DNA from: a virus
Lineage: Duplodnaviria > Caudoviricetes
Strand: one strand, 5' to 3'
Virus record (IMG/VR): IMGVR_UViG_3300014885_000002
Coordinates: 1-36,622 of that record
DNA: 36,622 bases
This document shows positions 1-7,308 of this stretch, piece by piece. The notes beneath the pieces are model-generated. The model saw only the letters and a program-made list of their open reading frames with translations. It was not told the origin of the DNA and searched no databases. The translations under genes and the position numbers were made by a program. Each line of letters starts with the position of its first letter. The first letter of the stretch is position 1.

Positions 1-123
1 TCTTTATTATCTAGTTCTTTATCATTTATATTATAGGGTGACATGGGCGTCACCCCCCCCATGACGCCGGCGTCACCCCCCCATGACGCCGGCGTCACCC
101 CTACCTCACTAGAAAGCACGTCA
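1..123. repeat. Terminal overlap identical to 36500-36622 (circular contig closure)
   Basis: Exact 123-bp match TCTTTATTATC...AAGCACGTCA at both ends; the rep reading frame continues across it. Confidence 0.97.
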
Positions 124-395
124 GTATTAATGATATATATGTTCGATTTTTGATTATTACTTTCTGTCAGTTGAGGGACGCATTGAATAATTTTTAATTC
201 TGAAAGGGTGCGTAAAATTCGTTGTGTATGTCTTTTCGACAAATTACAATTTTCTGAAATAGTTTTGACCGAAGGAAAACAAAGGCAATTATTTTTATCG
301 TTAGCACAATGAGCTAAAAACAATAATACAAACTTTTCAGTTGGCATTAAATTGATCTTATTTTTCCACACTAATTGAGTGAGCCGAATGCTCAT
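1..395 (-). CDS. Phage replication initiator, 5' part (N-terminal winged HTH); continues across the junction into 36148-36499, 248 aa in total
   Basis: ATG at 395 with upstream AGAGGA; MSIRLTQLVWKNKINLMPTEKFVLLFLAHCANDKNNCLCFPSVKTISENCNLSKRHTQRILRTL matches the HTH_36-type initiator pattern; in frame with ORF 36148..36618. Confidence 0.88.
   Translation of the reverse strand, partial: MSIRLTQLVWKNKINLMPTEKFVLLFLAHCANDKNNCLCFPSVKTISENCNLSKRHTQRILRTLSELKIIQCVPQLTESNNQKSNIYIINTDVLSSEVGVTPASWGGDAGVMGGVTPMSPYNINDKELDNK
36..101. promoter_or_regulatory. Putative replication origin: three palindromic iterons inside rep
   Basis: TGACATGGGCGTCA (39-52, imperfect), TGACGCCGGCGTCA (62-75 and 84-97, perfect palindromes), spaced 23 and 22 bp, next to AT-rich DNA; lambda O-like arrangement. 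Confidence 0.75.
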
Positions 396-406
396 GGCAA
401 ATCCTC

Positions 407-643
407 TTAAACAAGAGAAAAAATATCAGGGCGTAATTGTTCTTTTTTAATTCCGTATTTGTGCTCAAGTAGAACACATACACGTGCACCTGGTAAATAA
501 ACACCCTTAATTAAAAGGCTTAAAGAAGGATTTGATATATTAAGAGATTTTGCTAGTTCTTTTTGGGAGCCGACTTGTTGTGACAATTGTTTTAAAATTT
601 CGCGGACACTTTCCCTTTCTTTTTCTGACAGTGTGATTAACAT
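407..643 (-). CDS. Cro/YdaS-like HTH transcriptional regulator
   Basis: 78 aa; GSQKELAKSLNISNPSLS HTH and C-terminal LRPDIF motif; first gene upstream of rep. Confidence 0.85.
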   Translation of the reverse strand: MLITLSEKERESVREILKQLSQQVGSQKELAKSLNISNPSLSLLIKGVYLPGARVCVLLEHKYGIKKEQLRPDIFSLV

Positions 644-676
644 TTTTTCCCTTCATGTTATTTAGTTTAGACAAAC

Positions 677-705
677 AATATAATGTGTTTTTTATAAATT
701 AGCAA
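677..705 (-). promoter_or_regulatory. Leftward sigma70-like promoter for cro-rep
   Basis: TTGCTA-17 bp-TATATT on minus strand. Confidence 0.55.
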
Positions 706-733
706 TTATTTTAAAATATTTTCAAAATAATTC

Positions 734-762
734 TTGACAACTTTGTTTTGATAAACTAATCT
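734..762 (+). promoter_or_regulatory. Rightward sigma70-like promoter for the early operon
   Basis: TTGACA (734-739)-17 bp-TAATCT (757-762). Confidence 0.65.
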
Positions 763-802
763 TGTTTTGTAAAGTTATTTTATGGAACTAGGGAGAACCG
801 AA

Positions 803-1009
803 ATGACGACTGAGGAAAACATTCAAGATTACGTGGAATACCTTGTGGAATTAAGAGGTGTTCGCGGACTCCAAGACTTATTACCGCAAGAACATTCAAA
901 ATTATTATTTTTACTTTTAATAAACGACAGTTTATATGTAAAATTGATAAAGTCTATGCACAAAATTTTAACTTCAGAAGTACTAAAACAAACCAAAACT
1001 GGGAGATAA
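803..1009 (+). CDS. Hypothetical protein
   Basis: ORF; ATG 803 preferred over 782 because of upstream GGGAGA. Confidence 0.6.
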   Translation: MTTEENIQDYVEYLVELRGVRGLQDLLPQEHSKLLFLLLINDSLYVKLIKSMHKILTSEVLKQTKTGR

Positions 1010-1013
1010 TGCT

Positions 1014-1286
1014 ATGGACTACATAGAACAAATGAAAAATATGCGTCAAGCAATGCATGTGATATCTGAAAAAGTACCTACATTAAGCGCAATTATTGAA
1101 GAAATGAAGCGTAAAAAAGATGCAGATTTAGATTTAGGTGTATTAACAATGTCTGATGCAGAATTCAAAATTATGCAAAGAACGTGCGAGCATATAGAAG
1201 AAAGAATTTGCCGTTTTGATCCAGAACAAGAATATGGCAGCGTAGTCACAATGTCTAAATCTGAAATGATGGGAGATCCAAAATGA
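1014..1286 (+). CDS. Hypothetical protein
   Basis: 90-aa ORF with GGGAG RBS; ATGA overlap with next gene. Confidence 0.7.
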   Translation: MDYIEQMKNMRQAMHVISEKVPTLSAIIEEMKRKKDADLDLGVLTMSDAEFKIMQRTCEHIEERICRFDPEQEYGSVVTMSKSEMMGDPK

Positions 1287-1564
1287 ATAATAAATTAAAT
1301 GAACTTTCTGTAAAATGTTCTACAGCAATAAAAGAAATTTTAGAACCAATGCATTTGTCTATTTCAGATGCAGATGAAGTGATTGATATGCTGATGACCT
1401 ACTTTGTAGGAAATTCTTTAATGCAAGTAAAAGTAGATGATGAAAAAAATTATTTGCAATTTCGCTTAATATCATTGAGCGAAAAATTAGGAAATGCGGC
1501 ATTAGTGATTCATAATTTGAAATGTAAAAATTGTTCAGAAGAACATCACCATACAATTCATTAA
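1283..1564 (+). CDS. Hypothetical protein, paralog of 1603-1875
   Basis: RBS GGGAG; aligned motifs EL..KC...I..IL, AD...D, NSL, NY...R and C-terminal IH. Confidence 0.75.
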   Translation: MNNKLNELSVKCSTAIKEILEPMHLSISDADEVIDMLMTYFVGNSLMQVKVDDEKNYLQFRLISLSEKLGNAALVIHNLKCKNCSEEHHHTIH

Positions 1565-1602
1565 TATCTTAAAAGTTATTTTATGGAACAAAGAGGTTAC
1601 CA

Positions 1603-1875
1603 ATGAAAAAAGAAGAATTAGTAAAAAAATGTTTAGAGGAAATAACAAATATTTTACGTTCTGAAAATCTAAAATTAGGAGAAGCAGATGATCTCGCGGA
1701 TGCTATATTTTGTGCTTTATTATCAAATTCATTATCACATTTATATGAAATTGAAAGCAAAGATAGATGCCTCAATTATTTTAAAGATAGAATGAAATTA
1801 CTTACAGACAAAGCGGCTCATTGCGTGCTCGTAGCTCTTTCATTTAATGAAAGAACAAGTAGCAGCATTCATTAA
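1603..1875 (+). CDS. Hypothetical protein, paralog of 1283-1564
   Basis: RBS AGAGG; same shared motifs. Confidence 0.75.
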   Translation: MKKEELVKKCLEEITNILRSENLKLGEADDLADAIFCALLSNSLSHLYEIESKDRCLNYFKDRMKLLTDKAAHCVLVALSFNERTSSSIH

Positions 1876-1903
1876 TATTTATTTTTATAGGGAGAATTTT
1901 GCA

Positions 1904-1990
1904 ATGAAGCACTATTTAGTAACTTGTTTTTGGGGGGTTGTTCTATGTGGAACAATGTATTATTCGCTTTGTATAATTGGAGGATGGTAA
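1904..1990 (+). CDS. 28-aa hydrophobic peptide
   Basis: GGGAGA RBS; MKHYLVTCFWGVVLCGTMYYSLCIIGGW. Confidence 0.5.
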   Translation: MKHYLVTCFWGVVLCGTMYYSLCIIGGW

Positions 1991-2003
1991 AATTACAATT
2001 GTA

Positions 2004-2147
2004 ATGGTATTTGCTTTTTATAGTATTTTAGCATTTGTATTAAGTTGGGTGATATTTGAAATATTGCCAAAAAAATACCAATTCTTTGCTCCAATTATTG
2101 CTTTTATATGGGCGATAGCTATTTATTTTTTATTACAACTTATTTAA
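2004..2147 (+). CDS. Small two-TM membrane protein
   Basis: MVFAFYSILAFVLSWVIFEILPKKYQFFAPIIAFIWAIAIYFLLQLI; start uncertain. Confidence 0.45.
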   Translation: MVFAFYSILAFVLSWVIFEILPKKYQFFAPIIAFIWAIAIYFLLQLI

Positions 2148-2160
2148 CGGAGAACTTAAT

Positions 2161-2298
2161 ATGCAATACGGAGAACTAGAAACACCATTTAATTTTAATC
2201 AGCATGAGCATGACGGTTCAGTTGAATACGATATTTACAATGGCATTTATGATAATAATGAGCCAGAAGAAATAGAAGATATAGAAATACCTTTTTAA
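2161..2298 (+). CDS. 45-aa acidic protein ending in an SSB-tail-like motif (DIEIPF)
   Basis: GGAGA RBS; MQYGELETPFNFNQHEHDGSVEYDIYNGIYDNNEPEEIEDIEIPF. Confidence 0.7.
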   Translation: MQYGELETPFNFNQHEHDGSVEYDIYNGIYDNNEPEEIEDIEIPF

Positions 2299-2315
2299 AT
2301 ACCGGAGAATAAAAC

Positions 2316-2633
2316 ATGTTAACTAGAGAAGAATCACAGAAACTTTATCAGGCTTTAGTTGGTCTTACGCTTATGCCTGAAGAGATAAAAGATAGAATAG
2401 AAATATTTACAGAAAAAAGAGAAATAAAAGTTGGTGACATTTATAAAGACGGACACCGAGTCGGAAGAGAAATTATAGGGATATGCGATGGTGAAGAGTA
2501 TCCATTAAAAACACCAAACCTTTTGTCTTTTACGATTGATGGTATTTATGATAAAGGTGACCCATCATCTATTAATAATTTAGACTTAACTAAGAGATAC
2601 AAACTTATTGAAATAACCGGAGAACAAAAATGA
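2316..2633 (+). CDS. Hypothetical protein, MLTxxE/GDIYxDG/NLDLxxRY paralog family
   Basis: GGAGA RBS; motifs shared with 34562-34882 and 35745-36086. Confidence 0.8.
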   Translation: MLTREESQKLYQALVGLTLMPEEIKDRIEIFTEKREIKVGDIYKDGHRVGREIIGICDGEEYPLKTPNLLSFTIDGIYDKGDPSSINNLDLTKRYKLIEITGEQK

Positions 2634-3286
2634 ATGAATTAGTAAAATCAGAAAAAGTCCAAGACTTTGAACTTAATCAAAGATTAGGAAAAATGTTTTA
2701 TGCAAGCGGCATGTTTCCAGATTTAAAATCAGAAGCTCAAGCAATGGTAAAGGTTATGGTAGGAAAAGAGCTTAATTTACCGCCTTTTGCGAGCATAACG
2801 GGTATTCACGTTGTTTTAGGAAAACCAGTTATAGGAGCTAATTTAATTGCGACTATGATTGCAAATCATCCTAAATATGCTTATAGGATAGCTAAATCAA
2901 CAAAAGAAATTTGTGAGATAAATTTTTATGAATCAACTGCTAAAGTAATGAATGAAACTACTTTAGTAGGAACCTCTTCTTTTACAATTCAAGAAGCACA
3001 AGAAGCTGGGCTATTGGGAAAAGATATCTGGAAAAAATATGCAGCGGACATGCTTTTTGCAAGAGCAATTAGCCGAGGCGCTAAGCGTTATGCTCCAGGT
3101 ATTTTTGGGGGTGCGGCAGTTTACACTCCTGATGAATTAGGTGTAGACCATGACGAGGACGGCATAGTAAATTTATCTAAAGATGCAATATCAGTTAATG
3201 CAGTTATTAATAATGATGTATTTTCTGATGAAGCAATTATCGAAGAATTTAAACAAACCAATGTAATAAATGAGGAGTTCAGATAA
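2630..3286 (+). CDS. RecT-like single-strand annealing recombinase
   Basis: 218 aa; SGMFP, GKELNLPP, IHVVLGKP, AQEAGL..K..WKKY...MLFARA motifs typical of phage RecT-like proteins; SSB-like gene nearby. Confidence 0.75.
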   Translation: MNELVKSEKVQDFELNQRLGKMFYASGMFPDLKSEAQAMVKVMVGKELNLPPFASITGIHVVLGKPVIGANLIATMIANHPKYAYRIAKSTKEICEINFYESTAKVMNETTLVGTSSFTIQEAQEAGLLGKDIWKKYAADMLFARAISRGAKRYAPGIFGGAAVYTPDELGVDHDEDGIVNLSKDAISVNAVINNDVFSDEAIIEEFKQTNVINEEFR

Positions 3287-3444
3287 TGAAATGTCATTTT
3301 TGTGATAAAAAAGTTTCTGAGGGAAATTCTCTTAAGAAATTAGAAGTACTAATAAAACCGCATTTAAATAGTAACAAAGTAGAAGAAGTTACTGTTGAAT
3401 TGTATAATAATTGCATTAAAAGAATTAAAGGGGAAACATTATGA
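3286..3444 (+). CDS. Small CxxC protein
   Basis: TAATG coupling; GAGGAG RBS; MKCHFCDKK... Confidence 0.6.
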   Translation: MKCHFCDKKVSEGNSLKKLEVLIKPHLNSNKVEEVTVELYNNCIKRIKGETL

Positions 3445-3608
3445 AATTAACCATTAAAAATCTAGATGGAAGTTTAAATAGTAAAACTATTGATGAACCA
3501 AAAGTAATAGAATTTTTATCTAACCTTCTTGAAAAATATCCAAATACCACTAAACCATTCATGGGTTCTAAATTGATTGAGGAGAAAAAAAATGAAAGTA
3601 ACAATTAA
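3441..3608 (+). CDS. Hypothetical protein, N-terminus resembles 3592-3789
   Basis: ATGA coupling; MKLTIKNLDG vs MKVTIKSLNG. Confidence 0.6.
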   Translation: MKLTIKNLDGSLNSKTIDEPKVIEFLSNLLEKYPNTTKPFMGSKLIEEKKNESNN

Positions 3609-3789
3609 GAGTTTAAATGGGACTACCAGTCATGGCGTAGTTAATCAGGATGACTTGTTTCATCTATTAGATAGCTTTAAAGATAAGCCATTTAATGTTT
3701 TAATTATGCAACAAGATGTAGTAGATGATATATTAGAAGCAATTAACCCACTAACTGGGGAATCTTTTGGAGATAAAAACAATGATTGA
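3592..3789 (+). CDS. Hypothetical protein
   Basis: GAGGAG RBS before ATG 3592. Confidence 0.65.
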   Translation: MKVTIKSLNGTTSHGVVNQDDLFHLLDSFKDKPFNVLIMQQDVVDDILEAINPLTGESFGDKNND

Positions 3790-4222
3790 TTTTGATTTGA
3801 AAAGTTATGCAAAAAAAATTGCCCCTCCTGGCGAGTATATTATTAGAGTAATGGGAAGCGAACTTAAATATACAAAAGCAAATAACGGTTCGCGTTATCT
3901 GGAGGTAAAATTTAAGATAGTTGAGGGGTTTATGTCTGGAGTTTTCCTAGCAAAAAAATTTAATATTTATAATGCAAGTGAAGCAGCAGAAAGAATGGCG
4001 AGAGAAAGTTTCTGCGCATTTTGTGAAGCTGCTTCGATGCCGAATATTAAATCATATACTGAATTAGAAGGGGCAATTCTTCTAGCTAAAGTAAGTGAAA
4101 GTTCTTACCAGGGGACGCCAAAAAATGAAATAGATTCATTTTCTAAATATGAAGGTACAGTTAGGATTCCAGAAGAACAATTGACTGCACCACCCGAATT
4201 AAATGATAGTATACCTTTTTAA
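3782..4222 (+). CDS. DUF669-type single-stranded DNA-binding protein
   Basis: PPGEY, YLEVKFKIVEG, KNEI motifs and acidic C-terminal DSIPF. Confidence 0.8.
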   Translation: MIDFDLKSYAKKIAPPGEYIIRVMGSELKYTKANNGSRYLEVKFKIVEGFMSGVFLAKKFNIYNASEAAERMARESFCAFCEAASMPNIKSYTELEGAILLAKVSESSYQGTPKNEIDSFSKYEGTVRIPEEQLTAPPELNDSIPF

Positions 4223-4244
4223 TTAAACCAACGGAGAAATAGAC

Positions 4245-4517
4245 ATGACATTAGTAGATAATAATTTAAGAATAATAGTTTTAGATAGGGGCTGGGTTTA
4301 TATAGGTTACCTTACGGAAACAGAAAAAGAATCTGTCCTAGAAAAAGCCTCTTGTATTCGCCGATGGGGAACAAGAAGAGGATTAGGAGAATTAGCTTTA
4401 GAAGGTAAAAAAGAAAATACAGTGCTTGATAAATGCGGAACAGTTATTTTTAGTAAAAAAAATGAGATCCATTCTATTGTCTGTGATTCTTCAAAGTGGC
4501 TGACTTATTATGAATGA
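4245..4517 (+). CDS. Conserved phage protein (DUF6948-like)
   Basis: IVLDRGWVYIG...A..IRRWGT..GLGELALEG pattern, usually found upstream of GYGDG-repeat genes; family name recalled, not searched. Confidence 0.6.
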   Translation: MTLVDNNLRIIVLDRGWVYIGYLTETEKESVLEKASCIRRWGTRRGLGELALEGKKENTVLDKCGTVIFSKKNEIHSIVCDSSKWLTYYE

Positions 4518-4734
4518 AATAATAGAAGTTTACCATAACTACGGGGATGGCTATGACTATGACTATGGCTATGGGGGGGGGCATGTTTATGAAAATAGAG
4601 ACCTCTATGGCGATAAAAATGAAGACGGCTCTGGGGATGGAGACGGCTATGGATTTGGTTGTGGCGATGGTCGCGGTTATGGGAGTGACTACAACGATAG
4701 TTTCCCTAAATCACTATGGAACATTCAATTATGA
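4510..4734 (+). CDS. Gly/Asp/Tyr-rich repeat protein 1
   Basis: Degenerate GDGYG repeats; overlaps upstream gene. Confidence 0.65.
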   Translation: MNEIIEVYHNYGDGYDYDYGYGGGHVYENRDLYGDKNEDGSGDGDGYGFGCGDGRGYGSDYNDSFPKSLWNIQL

Positions 4735-5021
4735 ATGATTTAATTATTAAAAACTACTATTGTTATAGCGATCCTAATGGCGATGGCTATGGCGATGGCG
4801 ATGGCTATGGCTATGGCTATGGCGATGGCGATGGCTATGGATTTGGTTGTGGCTATGGCAATGGCTATGGCGATGGCGATGGCTATGGCGATGGCGATGG
4901 CTATGGCTATGGCTATGGCGATGGCGATGGCTATGGCGATGGCTATGGCGATGGCGATGGCTATGGATTTGGTTGTGGCTATGGCTATGGCTATGGCTAT
5001 GGCGATGGCAATCGGATTTAG
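4731..5021 (+). CDS. Gly/Asp/Tyr-rich repeat protein 2
   Basis: ATGA coupling at 4731; pure (GD/GY)n repeat. Confidence 0.7.
   Translation: MNDLIIKNYYCYSDPNGDGYGDGDGYGYGYGDGDGYGFGCGYGNGYGDGDGYGDGDGYGYGYGDGDGYGDGYGDGDGYGFGCGYGYGYGYGDGNRI
4778..5009 (+). repeat. Hexanucleotide tandem repeat (GGCGAT/GGCTAT)n
   Basis: Visible directly; interrupted twice by GGATTTGGTTGT. Confidence 0.95.
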
Positions 5022-5062
5022 GTAATTAATTATAAAATATTTTATCAATAACAGGGGGTTTT

Positions 5063-5521
5063 ATGAGTATGTTTATGGATACCACTACAGGTGAAATTTA
5101 TTCTGGTTCTATTAGCTCGGTTGACGGGCTAATAGAAACTATTACAGCTACAGAGAGAAAAATTAATGAGCTTAGATTAATTGCCTCGGAAGCTAAGAGT
5201 AAATTATGTGCGATGGCAAAATTCAATAGCGGTGTAAAAACCGCTAGAATTCAGGGTGAAAAGTATCGATGTAAAGTTGAGTTGCCTTCAAAAATGGCAT
5301 GGAACCAAAAAAAACTTTCACAGCTTTATCATAATAATCCATTTCCAAAAGAAGTAATTTCAATAAAAGATTATAAGATAAATTTAAGGGAGTACAAAAA
5401 CATAATAAATACTTCTTATTGTTCTGAGGAGTTTAATAAATTTCAGCAGGGCTTAATTGAAGCTAATTTAGGATATGTGGGCACTCCGCGTGTAACAATT
5501 GAGGAAACCAAATGTTTATAA
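5063..5521 (+). CDS. Conserved phage hypothetical protein of recombination/SSB modules
   Basis: 152-aa ORF with AGGGGG RBS; WNQKKL and terminal GTPRVTIE. Confidence 0.7.
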   Translation: MSMFMDTTTGEIYSGSISSVDGLIETITATERKINELRLIASEAKSKLCAMAKFNSGVKTARIQGEKYRCKVELPSKMAWNQKKLSQLYHNNPFPKEVISIKDYKINLREYKNIINTSYCSEEFNKFQQGLIEANLGYVGTPRVTIEETKCL

Positions 5522-5748
5522 AAATAAAAGATACTGCGACAAATTTTGATAGACCAGCATACACAATAACCGAGGAAGACAGATGTGCAATTATTAATGT
5601 AGGAGCCATCGAAGCCATTACATTCTTGAAGGGTTGCAACGACAAAATAAAAATACATCTGCAGTCTGGAAAAGAATTTAAAGCGGATAGTGGCTATCTT
5701 GATGAAATAATACCCTTTAAAGATAGGAGTAATTTTAGAGATGAATAA
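5512..5748 (+). CDS. Hypothetical protein
   Basis: GAGGA RBS; overlaps both neighbours. Confidence 0.65.
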   Translation: MFIKIKDTATNFDRPAYTITEEDRCAIINVGAIEAITFLKGCNDKIKIHLQSGKEFKADSGYLDEIIPFKDRSNFRDE

Positions 5749-6328
5749 TTTTCCAGAAGCAATTAGTTTTGTATTAGAAAACGAAGGGCGTTATTCCAAT
5801 AATCCCAGCGATAAGGGGGGTGAAACCTATATGGGAATCACCCGAAAATATTATCCTATGTGGGAAGGTTGGAAAATAATTGATGAAATTAAAAAAAACT
5901 ATTCCCCCCCTTCTAGATGGTTTAAACAAGATATGGAGCAATATACTCTAAAGCAAGCAGCTGTAGACTTTTACAAAAAAAATTATTGGGATCCCTTAAA
6001 ATTAGATAACATTAAGATCCCAAGAGTTAGGACTAAAATTCTAGATATGTCAGTAAATCTAGGCGTTTCCAGAACAGCGTCGATAGTCCAAATATGCGTA
6101 AACTTAATGACTTCTAATGAATTGGTAGTTGATAATATTATTGGGTCATCTACCATTAATTTGATAAATTCGGTGTGCCAAGATGATAACGGAGAATTTC
6201 TATTAAAACTTTTAACGTTGCAGCAAGGTTATATTTATATGAAATTGTGTCAGCTGGATTCATCTCAAGAGAAATTTATTAGGGGATGGATAAACAGATT
6301 ACATATGTCGATTGGAGAATTCAAATGA
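5741..6328 (+). CDS. Endolysin, glycoside hydrolase family 108 with C-terminal peptidoglycan-binding domain
   Basis: ENEGRYSNNPSDKGGETYMGIT, FYKKNYWD, D..VN.G, VDNIIG..T and F..GW.NR motifs. Confidence 0.92.
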   Translation: MNNFPEAISFVLENEGRYSNNPSDKGGETYMGITRKYYPMWEGWKIIDEIKKNYSPPSRWFKQDMEQYTLKQAAVDFYKKNYWDPLKLDNIKIPRVRTKILDMSVNLGVSRTASIVQICVNLMTSNELVVDNIIGSSTINLINSVCQDDNGEFLLKLLTLQQGYIYMKLCQLDSSQEKFIRGWINRLHMSIGEFK

Positions 6329-6453
6329 ATAATAAATGTTATTGGTGCATGAAAGAAGTAGACGGCAAAATAGTCTGGTATATTCCAGAAAGTGGCTGTT
6401 ATCTCAGCGCATGCAATAAATGTGCAAGTAAAAACATTGAAGAAATTACTTGA
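6325..6453 (+). CDS. 42-aa CxxC...CxxC protein
   Basis: ATGA coupling; GGAGA RBS; MNNKCYWCMKE...SACNKCASK. Confidence 0.55.
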   Translation: MNNKCYWCMKEVDGKIVWYIPESGCYLSACNKCASKNIEEIT

Positions 6454-6832
6454 AATAAAGAAATCGAAGAGCGGTTATTAATGAAATCATAAGCGCACAG
6501 ATAGGCAACCACCGGTGTACTAACTTGTCCCAGTTGCTATTGTTTCTATCCGTAAGAATATCGATTCGTTTAAACCGCTCCTCGAACATCTTATAGCTCT
6601 CTTTGATGTTGTCTATTTCTCGGTTAATCGCTTCAATTTCAATTCTAGATTGTTTTACTTCGTGAGTAAGATGAACCAACTGTCTAACATCGTGTCCTAT
6701 TTCGTGCATCTTCTCAGAAAGAAATTTTTGATCTTTCATGAGCAATTGTAAGTCCGTTCCGACCGCGTGAATACTATCTCGTATGTTAGCTATTTCTGTG
6801 TCGTGCTTATTTACTAAGTTTTCTAATTGCAT
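6446..6832 (-). CDS. Coiled-coil protein with C-terminal TM helix (lysis-associated, XhlA-like architecture)
   Basis: Heptad pattern, hydrophobic C-terminus, follows the holin. Confidence 0.6.
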   Translation of the reverse strand: MQLENLVNKHDTEIANIRDSIHAVGTDLQLLMKDQKFLSEKMHEIGHDVRQLVHLTHEVKQSRIEIEAINREIDNIKESYKMFEERFKRIDILTDRNNSNWDKLVHRWLPICALMISLITALRFLYFK

Positions 6833-6849
6833 ACTGCTCTACCAACTTA

Positions 6850-7299
6850 TTACTTCCTTATATTTACTGATTTCTCATAAGTTCTAAACGCTGCCATCCC
6901 CAGCATTCCACATATTAATTGAATCAAAGAATCTGGATTTATAGGATAAGGCGCGATAGCTCCTGTCTTACAAAAAACAATCACCCAAAAAATAGTCGCT
7001 ATTACAAATTGAGGCACATAAAACAAAAACAGGCATAATGCACATGTCCACCCTATGCCTGGTCGCCAACCTGAATTCCAAAAAGACATGCTTTGTGCAT
7101 CTATTTTATTTAGCTCAATTTGTGCATTAAGTAACTGAGCTTCTCTGGCAGCTTTCTCTTCTTCAATTTTTGCTAATGCCAGTTCAGCATCAAGTTTATC
7201 TTTCCCTGATGAAAACTTCCCTACAATTTCTTTTATAACATCAAGAGGAGCAGTTAAGGGTGACGACACCCCCTTAACTACATCTTCAATAATTGACAT
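6850..7299 (-). CDS. Holin (3TM/GTA-type family)
   Basis: Q.E.NK.DA.S..FW.SGWRPGIGW and GMLGMAAFRTYEK motifs. Confidence 0.85.
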   Translation of the reverse strand: MSIIEDVVKGVSSPLTAPLDVIKEIVGKFSSGKDKLDAELALAKIEEEKAAREAQLLNAQIELNKIDAQSMSFWNSGWRPGIGWTCALCLFLFYVPQFVIATIFWVIVFCKTGAIAPYPINPDSLIQLICGMLGMAAFRTYEKSVNIRK

Positions 7300-7308
7300 A
7301 GTTACCTC

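Noticed and set aside
1-123. Biological direct terminal repeat or att site
   Set aside because: It falls mid-gene inside rep and looks like an assembler overlap; it supports circularity only
4778-5009. CRISPR array
   Set aside because: 6-bp units with no unique spacers and no cas genes
4740-5048. ORFs reading (AI)n, (MA)n and (WL/WR)n
   Set aside because: Alternative frames of the hexamer repeat, open only because the repeat lacks stops; the GDGY frame has the coupled start
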